Shown: positions 47,059-58,736 of the stretch, piece by piece
Numbering within the stretch: the stretch's first letter is position 1
How the letters are laid out: each line of letters opens with the position of its first letter
Assembly: GCA_964019335.1 (NCBI GenBank)
Contig: OZ025661.1
Coordinates: 434,001-498,000 of the forward strand
DNA from: Diplonema japonicum
Lineage: Eukaryota; Protista; Euglenozoa: Diplonemea
Reading direction: 5' to 3'
Length of the DNA stretch: 64,000 bases
The notes under the pieces: model-generated
What the model was told of the DNA's origin: nothing
The model's database searches: none
The model's input: only the letters and a program-made list of their open reading frames with translations
Translations under genes and position numbers: made by a program

Positions 47059-47723
47059 TCTAAAACCCCCGTTATTTCTCTCTTTTTCGCAATTATAAAA
47101 AAAAAAAAAAAAAAGCAAAGTCCCACTCCTCGCGAAGAAAGGTCGGAAGGAAGTACTCAAAAAACTTTTTAAAAAATGACCAGTGACATACTGAACCACC
47201 GGGGGGGGGGGGATCCAAATATTTATACAGCGTACTTTTTTTTCTTTCTTTTTTTGGATTTTGCGTGAAATAAAATAAAAAAAGAGCAGAGAGGGGGGGG
47301 GGGGGGGGGAATAAAGTAAGCACGCACAAGAACAACACATCATGGATCCTCGTCTCCTTGGAAAAATAAAAAAAATGTCAACAAACAAAGTCGCTGGCGT
47401 TATTTGCTTCTTCGTTCTCTCGGGCCTAAATGTAAGCCAACAAGTGACGGTTTTGATAGCCCCTTACCTTTTTCATCTTATTTTGCAAGACGGGGAGGGG
47501 GGGGGAAAGAAAAAAAAGAAACCAAATCCTTTAAGTGACTACAGGGGCGACAGTTCCTTCTTCTGTCTTCATCTTTCCATACTCGGCTATCTTTTTTTTA
47601 TTTTAATTCTCCCCTTGGGGCTTCACCTTGTCAGGATTTTGGCTTTTTTCTTGTCTTTCCCCCCCCCCTTTTTTTCTTTACGATCTTGAGAGCCATCTTC
47701 CTTCTGCTTGAGAGGACAGGCGA

Positions 47724-47760
<37 letters not shown>

Positions 47761-47836
47761 ATAACAAAAAAAATGAAATTGCAAAGGAGGTGCAAAGAAT
47801 ACAAAATACATAATCGAGGTTCGAGGGGAGAAAAAG

Positions 47837-48036
47837 NNNNNNNNNNNNNNNNNNNNNNNNNNNNNNNNNNNNNNNNNNNNNNNNNNNNNNNNNNNNNNNN
47901 NNNNNNNNNNNNNNNNNNNNNNNNNNNNNNNNNNNNNNNNNNNNNNNNNNNNNNNNNNNNNNNNNNNNNNNNNNNNNNNNNNNNNNNNNNNNNNNNNNNN
48001 NNNNNNNNNNNNNNNNNNNNNNNNNNNNNNNNNNNN
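47837..48036. other. Assembly gap (200 N)
   Basis: Run of N. Confidence 1.
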
Positions 48037-48063
48037 CCCCCCCCCCCCTACTCAAACTTCTCT

Positions 48064-50865
48064 CACAGCAAAAACGGCTCGTAAGACAACTGCACAACAC
48101 TAGGACGATCTACCGGATTAAAACTTTGGCAACGAGCGCAGAAGCTTCAGTACCCAATGATGATTCTGCAGGCAGTGGTATGTCACCTTCAGTTTGACAG
48201 AGCCATCTCATGAAACAGTGCTGCTGCTTAGGAACGTCAAGTGCATACTCGAAAGGCGTCTGAGAGGTGAGCATCTCTATAACAGTGTGCCCAAGTGACC
48301 AAACATCTGACGCTTTACACGCCTTTCCATTACAAGCTTCAGGTGCCATGAAGAGGGGTGTTCCAATTGTCCGTGTATCGGTCACCATGTCACTTAATGC
48401 TGATGTTCCGAAGTCGCTTAGCTTGCATTGCCCGTCAGTGTGGAGGAGCACGTTAGCAGGCTTCAGGTCACGGTGGACAATGTTCTTTGAGTGCAGGTAG
48501 ATGAGGCCTTTCAAGATATCCCTCGTGTACCTCTTTGCTGAGTTTGTAGGAATGCTTCCGAAGGAGCTTATCACCGACGCTAGCGATCCTCCGCTTACGT
48601 ACTCCATGGCCACGATGATGTGTCTGTCGTACACCCCGCATGAGATGAAGGACACGATGGAGTCGTCCTTGTACTTGGACAGCACGTCGACCTCGTTGAT
48701 GGCTGATGTTAGGGTCTCGCTCTGTCCCTGTCCGGAGCGGCCGAAACGGTTCTTCTTGACAACAGGTTGGTTTTCCATTTTGATGCATTTGAGAGCGACG
48801 AGGGAGCCCTCCCCGGACATGCCGAGCCACACCTCGCCGAATGCGCCTTCGCCTAGTTTTTTGTCGGAACGTCGCCACTTGCAGCCGTCCTTGTCGATGA
48901 AGAATGTAGGCGGGGTGTCGTAGTCGTCGGAGTCGGAGTCGAAGTCATCTGGCGGGACGTCCTGCTCTATGGCGATTTTGAGGAGCTCCGCATGTTCCTG
49001 GCTGTTCTGTCGCTTGGTGCCGAACCCGTCCCATGACAGTTTCTTGTTTTTTGAGAGCGATTCTACTGAGTACAGTGATTGCCTGCTGCCCACAGACGTG
49101 CCTGTTCCTGTTACCAGAGACTGCGGTGATTGGTCGTCCGACACTTCCCACACCTGCCACCCATCTAGCTTCCTGGAGTACGGTTTCGGCACCAGGCCGC
49201 TGTTGTCTGTTGCGGACTTCACCAGTGCTGTGAACCTGTCCACCTGCTCGTCCTTATCGTCCAGCGCACTCAGCAGTTCCAACGCCTTCTCGTGGTGGTC
49301 GCCGATGAAGGCAGAGAAGGCTTGCTTCCATGTCCCCACATCTTTCGTGTCGCTCTCAGACAGGAGCTGTTTGGGTGTGTTTTTTCCCTTTTTTTTTTCT
49401 TTTTCTGCACACCTCGAAGATCATCTCTGTCCTGCACTCCTCCTGAGTTCCCCACGAAATAATGTCAATGGGCCTGCTCTTGATCTCGTCGGTGGTCATC
49501 TGTTGGGTGGTATTTTTTATTATTTCATTTTTCTTTTTTTTTTTTTTTAAATCACACCTCCTGCACCGCTTCTGTTAGCAGAATGGGTGTTTGCAGCACT
49601 CTGGACAGCTGGTTCATGTACCGTGCCTTGTCCACCTTGTCGCCGAGGATGAACTGTGCTTTGTGGTGGTCATTCCCGATGTTTCCTGAGTAGAGGATGC
49701 CGCCGGTGATGGCGACCGACCACCCAACGCGCTCATTCTCCTCCACAGACTCCATCGACTCTTTGATCTCGAGAGCGGAGCGGCAGGCGGACCAAGCATG
49801 CAGGGAACACGGCTGGTGTGTGTTCCACGAGGCGATCACACCGTCAGCACGGATCTGGAGGATGGTCCCGTTGTTGTTCTTCACAATATCGAGCACGTTT
49901 GAGACAAGGATCTCAGCAAGGTGGTAGGTGCCTTCTGTGGAGTCGTTAACGAGCTCTAGCAACCCGAACTCCACGGAGATGATGGTGCCCTTTCCCTTGC
50001 GCATCGTGTTGCGGAGTTTGGAGTTCAGTTTCAAGACAGCAGCGGAGTCGGTCTTGTCGGGCTCGTAGTCCGACGCACACGAAGACTTCCTCCTGCCAAA
50101 GTTGTACCCCGCCATCGAGCTCCTCCTGTGGTACGCAACGAACGTATCAGACACAGATTGCCTCCTGGAAGCAACCCCTCCAGGAAGCGAGAGACGCTTC
50201 CTTGCATTGGTGAAGTCGAAAGCTTTCTTCGTGAGATCCTCATTTCCAACATCAAATCGGATTTTCGGAGCGGAGTGGGGGTCGGTTGTAGCACGGAACA
50301 TGCTGTCTATTCTGATTATGGGTTTTGGTGATGCGCATGGCGAGCTTGCTGCAGTGTTGGGTTCTGGGAACTCCGAGTCTGACTCGGTGTCTTCTTCTTC
50401 ACTGCTTGAAAAATCGGATTTGGTGTCCTCTTCGATGGATGAGAAGTCGTTTTCGACAGTGGGTAGGTAGGGCCTTACTTGTATGATGTTTTTAACTAAG
50501 GTCAGAATGCTTAGTTCCACATCGCGGAGTTCTTGGAACTGGGAAAGAGTTGCCTTTGTCGTTGTGAGTTGTTCATTTTCAAAGACGATCCAAGACATGG
50601 AGTGGAGGTCATTGTTTATTCTGTCAATTTTCATCAAAAGTAACTCGCCCCCAAGCCCAGCAGCCACACCCATCACAGAGAGAATCACACAGCAGTAACT
50701 TATTACATTATACAGCATTTCTACTGAGAGCAGTACCGTGCTGGCATACAACACAAGACCCACTCCCAGAAGAGTCCATCCCGCACTCATGAATATTAAA
50801 TCAAGCCTCACTCCAGCACTTCCATCAGGCTTCACTGTGCTTCCTCTGCGGAGCAGTGTGTGCAT
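48064..50865 (-). CDS. Receptor-like fusion: 2 TM + HAMP-like + degenerate class III cyclase domain + STE11/MAP3K kinase, 2 introns
   Basis: ORF 49552-50865 (TM helices, RPYLP, NNNGTILQIRADG, GNIGND..ILGDKVDKA) splices via exon MTTDEIKSRPIDII..MIFE into the kinase ORF (GEGAFGEV, HRDLKPAN, DFG, GTPLFMAPE). The last codons are frameshifted (see findings). Confidence 0.8.
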
Positions 50866-51937
50866 TTTCTTTTTTTTTTCTTCCTGAAGGAATGGAGGGG
50901 GAGGTGGGTGGCACAGGTTCTGTGAAGAGAGAGAGAGAGAGAGAAAATAGTAGCAAGATATTTTGTTGTGTGTTTTTTTTTTTTTTTTTTTTTTTTTTTC
51001 ATTTGAGGGGGAGAAAAGAGAGAGAAAATGAAAAAAAAAAAGAAAGAGGAAAAAAAAAAAATAGAAGGAAAAAAAAATAGATGGGTTGTTTTTCTTTCTT
51101 TTTTTTTGTGTGTCCCTATCCTTCGATATTTACCCCCCCCCCCCCCCCTTACGATCCGCAGAAAAAAGGAAAAAAGAGAGAGAGAGAGAGAGAGAGGGGA
51201 TGGGGGAGGAAGGGCCTCCATGTAGTCGGGGAGTGAAGATTCATGGTGATGTAGGAGGGAGTCTTATTGCGAGGAATAATGTTGTAACACAGTGTTTTAA
51301 AAAATTCTTTCTTACTTGCGCATCACGAAAGCACTGCTTCCTTAAGACTCATGACCATGTGGCGAATTACAAAGGCGAATAAATTGTATCTGTTTCTCTC
51401 TCTTTTCTTTTCTGATCATATTTAAACAACCTTTTTATAGATTAACGAGACCAGTATTTTCCGGGGGGGGGGGGGGAGAAAGGACAAAAAAGGGGGGAAT
51501 AATTTCCCCATTTGTGTAAGTGCACCGTACGCTGTTTTTTTTTCTTTTTTTTTTTTCTTCATTTCCTTTGGTGTTTTCATTATTTCTTTTTTTATTTTGC
51601 CCCCCCAAAGCTTTCTTTTTATAAAAAAAAATTCTTTTTGAAAAAAAAGGAGAATAAACGAAGGAGAATAAAAAAAAGGTGTGGAAATGAACAAAAAAAA
51701 ATTACTGGAAGAAAATTCCAGGGATATGAACATCTTGAAACTGGGGTGGTAGTCTAGCCTTATGCTTTTGAACCCTGGAAAAAAGATTTTTTTTTATTGT
51801 CGGTGTGTGAAAAAAAAAAAAAAAAAAAAAAAAATTGTGGAAATTCTTCAAAATGGGGGTACAGAATTGACCTTGGGTTGCCTTGATATCTTGACGAATC
51901 TTTTTTGCAGAGCTTAATTTTCGCCTTTTCGCAACTA

Positions 51938-53984
51938 CTAGCGTGTTGTCACAAAAAGCCTAATTAAATCCTGGGCATCACTTATGTACCCCCTATTTTG
52001 AAGTTCTCACAATGTAAACCCCTTCCCCCCCTTCCCTTCCCTTGAACATACTTCTTACCCAAATTGCTATTTTTACTGACCATCTCACTCAACAGTGCAA
52101 CCTTGTCTGCCAGTGGGGTTGGGTCGTTCGCGACCGCCTCATTAAAACTTTGCCTCACGAGCTTTATGTGTTTGTTTTGCAGAGAAAAGAAGACTTCAAA
52201 GGCAAGGGCGTGCTTCTGCACCGCAAAAAGATCCGCCCACACTTTCCCCGGTGTGCCAGTGCTCACGTCTTGGAACTTCCCAATAGCCCGTGTCAAGACA
52301 GCAACAAGACGGAGGGGTGCTGAGGACATCTGCGCGAGCAGCCTGCTTGCCGCACAGGAGATCACAGGTATTGGAATGCAAGATGTGATCTCCGCAAAGA
52401 TAAGACACTCTTCTGCTGGGGCTTGAACCGACAGGGCCGACAGGAAGCCCAGCCTACGCAGGATAGCATCCTTGCATATTACAGCTGTCTCGCCCAAGGC
52501 CTGCCATTCCTCTTTGCTGGGGCCTTTATAAAACAGCATCAGTGCCAAAGCATGCAGGAGGCCAGGTGTAATGCACAGCTGCTTCATGAGGCTCCCGAAC
52601 ATCTCTAGTTGCACGTCTCCCACGTCGACACGTGCTAGGACAGCCACGAGGAACTTCAGCCCCAACCCTGCTTCACGCCCTGCCTCCTTCTGCTGCAGAG
52701 ACACCTCCGCCACCGTCTCCTTCAACATCGCCTCGTAACACTGGTCGCACAGACGGTACTCGCACTGTGCGCACTGAAACGCTGTCACCGTCCTGTCAAT
52801 GGTCTGCCTGCAGGCTTGCTTCCTCTTCTGACAGGGTACCGTGATGTTGCTGCTGTCGCAAACCATCAGCGGGTGTCCTTTGCTGCACACACAACTGAAC
52901 ACACCCGTCTCGGGGTCCAAAGAACAGTCCGCGACAGGAATGTCGTTAGTGCACGGAGTCGGTGCAAGATATGTGCACGGGTCGTACAGCTCAGGAGGGA
53001 GGCTAACCTTTGGGGGAGCTCCGGGGGTGGCTTGGAAGTGTAGGAATTGCGTTCTCTTCTTAAATTCCGTTTGGATCTCAAAGGACATGGACTTGATGGT
53101 GCTGTCTGTGTAGCGTATGTAGGCGACCTCCCTGGTGCTGTCCGTGTAGTACGGTTTGTAGCCCCACCTGCGGGAGTCCCCCACCTGGATCTCGTAAATG
53201 TATGTGTTGGGCTGGCCCTGCACAGGTATGGAGCGAAGGGATAGGAAAGAGAGGTCTATTTGGGGTGAAGCGAGGCACGCAGCGCAGTGCATGAGCAGCT
53301 CGAGGTAGTCAGGGGGGTGCTTGGTGATGGAGAGACCACAGACTGCACCACCTTGCAGCCCGTAAGCAATGGTCCCACCCTTGCCGTTCACAAGGCTATT
53401 GATGTTCCTGCGAAGGATGTTGTAGATGGTGTGGATGTTGCTTGTTGTGAACGGCGTGTCCTTCTCGCTGATGGTCGCCGAGAACATCGCCTTAGGCTTC
53501 ACGGAGTCGTGGTTCGAGGTTGCCTCCTTAACGGAGTTCGCTCGCACGGCAAGCCTCTCGCACATGATGTCGTCCACCTCCAGTGTGTTCAGGATCTCCC
53601 GCACAGGAGCACCAGAGTACGCCACTCCTATCTTCTCGATGGCAGCTTCTCTTGCGTCGCTGTTGAAGTCACCACCTTTCCTCACAGGCCTTCCACACTC
53701 GGTATCGTCCATAGAGCACCCCCACGATGACCCAGAAGAGCACTCGTTCATCAGCCCCTCCAACAACCCCTTGCAGTACGTAGCATTAGGGCTCTCGCAC
53801 TGTGTTGTTCTTCGTAAGTAACGTGCCATACCTGCGACCCAAACTCGAACCCCAGGCCGTCTTCTTGCGGTATCTCGCATGACACATCGTCCCTGCGGTG
53901 GGTACGTGGGTGTGCGTGTGTGCCGTGTGCATACAGTATGGAAAGGTTCAGGTCTCTGATCCACGTGTCGTCCTCGAGCATCAT
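51938..53984 (-). CDS. Schlafen/AlbA_2-like domain + Cys-rich zinc finger + helical C-terminus; 2 N-terminal introns and probably one C-terminal intron
   Basis: INSLVNGKGGTIAYGL..G.VCG and YIYEIQV..PYYT..AYIR match the AlbA_2 pattern; CSKGH..C..CAQCEYRLCDQC finger. Introns 53893-53934 and 53800-53831. Confidence 0.6.
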
Positions 53985-54063
53985 GCTGCACTGTGGGTGT
54001 GGCAGAACAGTAAATAAACCAGCAAATAGAAATAACAGTGTTACAAGGGGTGACCTGTGTGCA

Positions 54064-56442
54064 CTAACTACTAGCCACGGCTGACTGGGTCAAGGCGCGG
54101 TACGCCCAAGACAGGAGGTCGTGGTTGGTGACGGCAAAAAGGGACTTCTTGGAGTAGGGGGAGGTTTCTGCGAAAGAGAACTCGTGCTCTGCAGCCGGGA
54201 GGTGCTCGATGTAGGAAAAGATCTTCGCCATGTCGTAGCCCACGTTGCCTGCGTCAGAGGACTCGACGATGAAGGCCTTGGCGACAGGGGTGTTGGCGGC
54301 GGCGGCGTTTAGCTGTGCTGAGTAAAGCCGCACCTTCTGCAGCCTGCAGTACATCTCGCAGCATTTTAACACATGTAGCAGCCGCCGGACTTGTGCCTTT
54401 TTTCGTGCAGACGCTGCAGCCTGGCACTTGCTGACGAACATGGACAAACGCTTAGCCAGGATGTGCCACTTCGGCGCATTGTTCTGCTCCCTGAACAGAA
54501 GGTCGCTAGCTTGTATCATGCGGTCGGCAGCCTTCACTATGTCGCAGTCGTCGAGCGCCTTCTCTGCCATGAGGACCAGCCTCTCTCCTACTGGTGTATA
54601 TGCCACCACAATCTCATGAGGAGGGCCCAACTTCTCTGTAAGGCTCTTCATGGCGGAGGGGAGGTCCGGGCTTGAGGAGGTGATGATATTGAGGTTTGCT
54701 GTAGAAGGGTGCCATTGACTGGCCAGGAACAGCAGCTTTGAACTGTTGCTGCTCTGCTTCAGCATCAGCTCTCGACAGAAGGTAGTGTACATCCCGTTTG
54801 GGTCCGTCTTCACAACCTTTTGCTTCTTCTCCCCGAACAGCTCTAACACCGGGTCATGGCGCGGCTTCTTTCTTGGCGCCCCCGCATCCCTGAACTGCAC
54901 CACTCGTTTTCTATCAGGCTCTATTACTTCAGTTATCGCTTTTGCCTTTTTCTCAGGCCTTTTCTTTTCTTTTTGCTTTTCTTTCCTTGCCTTTTCCTTT
55001 TGCTCCTCTGCTTCCCGTTGTTTTTCTTCCTGCTCTCTCAAGCGTCTCTGCTTCTCTCTTTCTTCTCTGATTGCCTGCTCGTTGCGCCTCTGCTCTTGCT
55101 CCCATCGTTCTCGCTCCGCCTGCTTGTTCTGTAACTGCCTCTCTCTTTCTTCGATTTCTCTCCTTCTTTTTTCGAGCTCCTTCTCCTGACGTTCTGCTTC
55201 TTGTTTCTTAAGCAGCTCCTCGCCTTGTTGACGCTCCAGTTCAACTTGTTTCCTGTGCTCTTCCTCTTCTCTCTGTTGGCTTTCTTGTTTTCTGTGTTCT
55301 TCTTCCTTCTGTTCAATTTCCTCCGTCCGTCTTTTGTCCTCATCCCACTTCATACACACCTTTTTTTGTTCACTCTGTACCAGCTCCATTTCAGCAACTT
55401 CCTCCTTTTCCTCAAGTTCTTCCTTCCACTTCTCAACCTCCTCGATCTCCTCTTGCGACACGTGGGACACTGTCGCACTCGGTTCCGGGATGTGCTCAGA
55501 GGGCAGGTCCTCAGCCTGCTTGCTGTCATCTACTTCTGTTACTAATTTCACAGCAATCGGCGGTAATCGCAAGGGGGCTCTTTTCCGTTCCATGCTAGGT
55601 TCCACGGCCGCTGTCGAAACATCTTCTTGGAGCCTTTTGGCCATGGCTCGCTGGAAGATGGGGTTCGCCTTGAGTTTGGCCCTACCTTCTGCCGTAGGTT
55701 GTAAAGGGGTAAGCTCCTCACTGACTGGAGTTGGGGAGCGGTCCTCAGCTGCGACAGGCGGGTCATCGGGCAGGACAGGAAGGTTGTCAGGTATGACAGG
55801 CAGGTCATCGGGCAGGACAGGCAGGTTGTCTGAGGAAGAGGATGTCGACGAGGAACTGGAGCTGGTCTGCGATGAGGAGTCTTGCTGTTCTAACTCCTTT
55901 TGTTTCACATGTTGTCGTGTCTGCCCCGCCCCCTCTAGCAGCGACCAGGTGCCCTTCTCGTGGACAACAGCATCCGAGACTGGAACGGCAACGAGTGCTG
56001 TGTCATGCTGTTGCGGCGGTGGTGGTGGTGGCATCAAGGGTGCTGAGAAGCTAGGGAGGAGTGGTGGGACGGCATTGCTGTGCAGCGGGAACGGGCTAGG
56101 CATAGTGAGGTGTGAGGGGGCCGAACGGGGGAGAACTTCGCTCTGCAAAAGCAGGTCCTGCTGAAGGGCGCACTCCGCAGGTTTTCTTTCTGGCTTCTTG
56201 ACGTACATCTCTGCGAGGCTCTTCACGCTGTCCCTTTCGAGGCCTTCACAGGCACTGGCGTCCACGGGCGCCACTGTGGGGGTCCACCCCCCTTCCACCA
56301 TCCTGGTCCTAGTATCGTTGTAGATGTTGCTAAGCGTGCGCCATCCGTCTTGCAGTGCCTCGCTGGCGGCAACACCCCCAGCGGGCATGCACAGCCTGCT
56401 GTGCTGCTGCAGGTCAGCCATGGCAGGGGGCCACTGCGCCAT
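54064..56442 (-). CDS. Uncharacterised protein with Pro/Ser-rich region, E/K/R/Q coiled coil and helical C-terminal domain
   Basis: Long open frame; probable start MAQWPP after a CCACAG acceptor; 21-bp DxLPV(L/I)P repeats at ~55750-55830. Confidence 0.7.
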   Translation of the reverse strand: MAQWPPAMADLQQHSRLCMPAGGVAASEALQDGWRTLSNIYNDTRTRMVEGGWTPTVAPVDASACEGLERDSVKSLAEMYVKKPERKPAECALQQDLLLQSEVLPRSAPSHLTMPSPFPLHSNAVPPLLPSFSAPLMPPPPPPQQHDTALVAVPVSDAVVHEKGTWSLLEGAGQTRQHVKQKELEQQDSSSQTSSSSSSTSSSSDNLPVLPDDLPVIPDNLPVLPDDPPVAAEDRSPTPVSEELTPLQPTAEGRAKLKANPIFQRAMAKRLQEDVSTAAVEPSMERKRAPLRLPPIAVKLVTEVDDSKQAEDLPSEHIPEPSATVSHVSQEEIEEVEKWKEELEEKEEVAEMELVQSEQKKVCMKWDEDKRRTEEIEQKEEEHRKQESQQREEEEHRKQVELERQQGEELLKKQEAERQEKELEKRRREIEERERQLQNKQAERERWEQEQRRNEQAIREEREKQRRLREQEEKQREAEEQKEKARKEKQKEKKRPEKKAKAITEVIEPDRKRVVQFRDAGAPRKKPRHDPVLELFGEKKQKVVKTDPNGMYTTFCRELMLKQSSNSSKLLFLASQWHPSTANLNIITSSSPDLPSAMKSLTEKLGPPHEIVVAYTPVGERLVLMAEKALDDCDIVKAADRMIQASDLLFREQNNAPKWHILAKRLSMFVSKCQAAASARKKAQVRRLLHVLKCCEMYCRLQKVRLYSAQLNAAAANTPVAKAFIVESSDAGNVGYDMAKIFSYIEHLPAAEHEFSFAETSPYSKKSLFAVTNHDLLSWAYRALTQSAVASS

Positions 56443-56573
56443 GTGGCTGTGGACCCTAAAAGGATTATGTATTACGTGCAGCAAGAAGCAATGAACGGAA
56501 CCAAACATGGAACACAACACACTTGTACAGATATAAAAAAAGGTTTTTTTGAGGGGAGGGGGGGCAGCGTAGC

Positions 56574-57003
56574 TCACAGCTCGCTCTCCTTCCTAGACGA
56601 CATCTCGATCACGTCGGCGATCTGTTGTGGTGGGTTTCTCTCCCCCCCCCCCCCCCATCACACCTTGATGTCGTACATAGCAAGGGGGACTTCGCGGTTG
56701 AGTAGCTCCCCGTCGAAGTGGAAGTCGAGCGGCCTCTTCGGCCCAAACCACCCAGGAAGCCTCTGCTCGACTGTTGCAACGGTGTGGCCGGCCTTCTTGT
56801 CGCTTAGGTCAAGGCCGTCAACGAGAAGCTGTTTTTTTTGTCCCCCCCCTTTTCAACGGTACCTGCCCACCCCCAGTCGCATCTTTAACAGTGACACAAT
56901 CAGTGTCCGTTCCGCATCGTTGTTCTCTTGCACTCTTTTGCTTCTCCTCACCCATGGTAGTGCTGCAGAGCACCATTAGCAATACTGCTGCGAGGATTTT
57001 CAT
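56574..57003 (-). CDS. 117-aa signal-peptide protein with a ubiquitin-like domain ending KESEL, 2 introns
   Basis: Introns 56829-56862 and 56622-56663 give MKILAAVLLMVLC..VTVKDATGGGQLLVDGLDL..TVATVEQRL..LDFHFDGELLNREVPLAMYDIKIADVIEMSSRKESEL*. Confidence 0.65.
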
Positions 57004-57721
57004 GTTTTATTTTTTTTTAATTCCCTACTGGTAAGTTTTGGGAGGACGGAGTTTTGAACAAAAGAGGGGGGGGGAAAAAAAACGGGGGAAATAATAACAA
57101 AAAGGTGGAAAAGAAAGTGAAAGCGAGGGGGGGGGAAAAAAAACCAGACAGTCATTGCAGGTTGGTAAAAGAAGAAAATAAAAACGGAAGAAGCACAAAC
57201 ACATAAGGGGTTTTTTTTTTCTTTTTTTTTTTATTCCCTTTCTTTTTTTTTTTTCTTTCTTTTGCTTGGCAATTTAGCCTTTTCGTGCAGTGGGATAAAG
57301 CACTGCGCGTGCTGCTCTTTGTAAGGCCTCACAGGAATCTGAGTAGCATTTAAAAGCTCTTTTCTCCTTACTTTCGCTTGCTTTTTCCATTCGCCTCCCT
57401 CCCCCCTCCACCCCAAACGTAAAGTAACATATAGGTTAGATAGGCCAACTGGACCATGAAAAAGGAAGGAAGGCTTAGAATAGGGTGAGAAATGGATGGA
57501 AATAAAAAAAATGACCCCCCTTTTTTCCCTCCTCTTCCTTCCTTTTTTAAGGAAAAAAAAGGAAAAGAAACACTGCAAAAAACAAAAGAATAAAAAAAAA
57601 CAAAAAGACACACCTTCTCTCTTTCTTTTTTTTTCTTCTTTATTTCTCAACTATTTTTTTTCCCCCCTCCTCAAAAGTTTTTTCTATGTACTTTTCTCCC
57701 CCCCCCCCACCCAACACATCC

Positions 57722-57902
57722 TTAGGCACTAGCTATCCAACCATTTATAACCCACGAGGTCATATTGAATGTCTGTTTTTTTTTTCTCTTTTTTTTTTCC
57801 CTCTTCTATTTCATACCGTCACCAACGTGAGAACAAACCACAATGCAATGAAGAAGACTGGATACAGGAAATATTCTTGGCTCTCAAGGAATGGAAGTTC
57901 TG

Positions 57903-57935
<33 letters not shown>

Positions 57936-58112
57936 CCCCTTGAAACACACCAACATAACCCCTAAACGTCACGTAAAAATACTTCGAAAAGGAGAGGGAA
58001 TAAATGGCATTGGCAAGCACTCTGTCAATATTGTTTCTTTTTCTTACAAGCCATACCGTGCAAGGAACGTTTCTGACAGCAGCCAAGGGAGAAGGAAAAT
58101 TTGAGTAACACC

Positions 58113-58149
<37 letters not shown>

Positions 58150-58736
58150 CTCCCCCACTGCATACCACATCATAATCATCGTGAAATACGCATTGCAGTG
58201 CACGTCAAAGGCATACTGCCATTCCATCGGCTGCCTGACCTCGTGCATCTGGCCCTTCCCGTGCAGGTACTTGTTTATAATAAACCAGAACAGAGTAGAG
58301 AGAATAAGCCCTAACGCCAGGAAGTTGACCCCTATTTGATACGCTACTAGCTTAAGGAAGCTGGTGAAAGGAAGGCCCAAAGGCACCCCAATACACAGGA
58401 AATATGAGGTGCAAATAAGGAGAATTTGTCTCACAACCAATACCAGGAAGGCCGGGTCGTCCCTCGCCCAATGGTTCTTTGTTAATTTTCGGTTCTTTGC
58501 CTCTCTGAAGGCCCGTTCTGGTGAAATGATAAGGTACATCATTTGAGCCAAGGCCAAGTCGAAATCCATCTGGTTCAAAATCACCATCCTCCTGAAATAT
58601 TCGGGCAATCTGTGTGTGTATGTGTGTGTGTGTGTGTGTGGTGGTGTCGTTTGTGTGTTTTGTTCCCCCTGTGTGCACACCTCGGTCCGACTGACCCAGA
58701 TGGCAGCCCCTCCGACCCACTGTTCATTGGTAACAT
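57722..58736 (-). CDS. UNC50: UNC-50/GMH1 family Golgi membrane protein, 5 introns
   Basis: MLP..YFRRM..QMDFDLA..QM, LTKNHWARDDPAF, EWQYAFDVHCNAYF and TFRGY.ELPFL after splicing. Confidence 0.92.
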
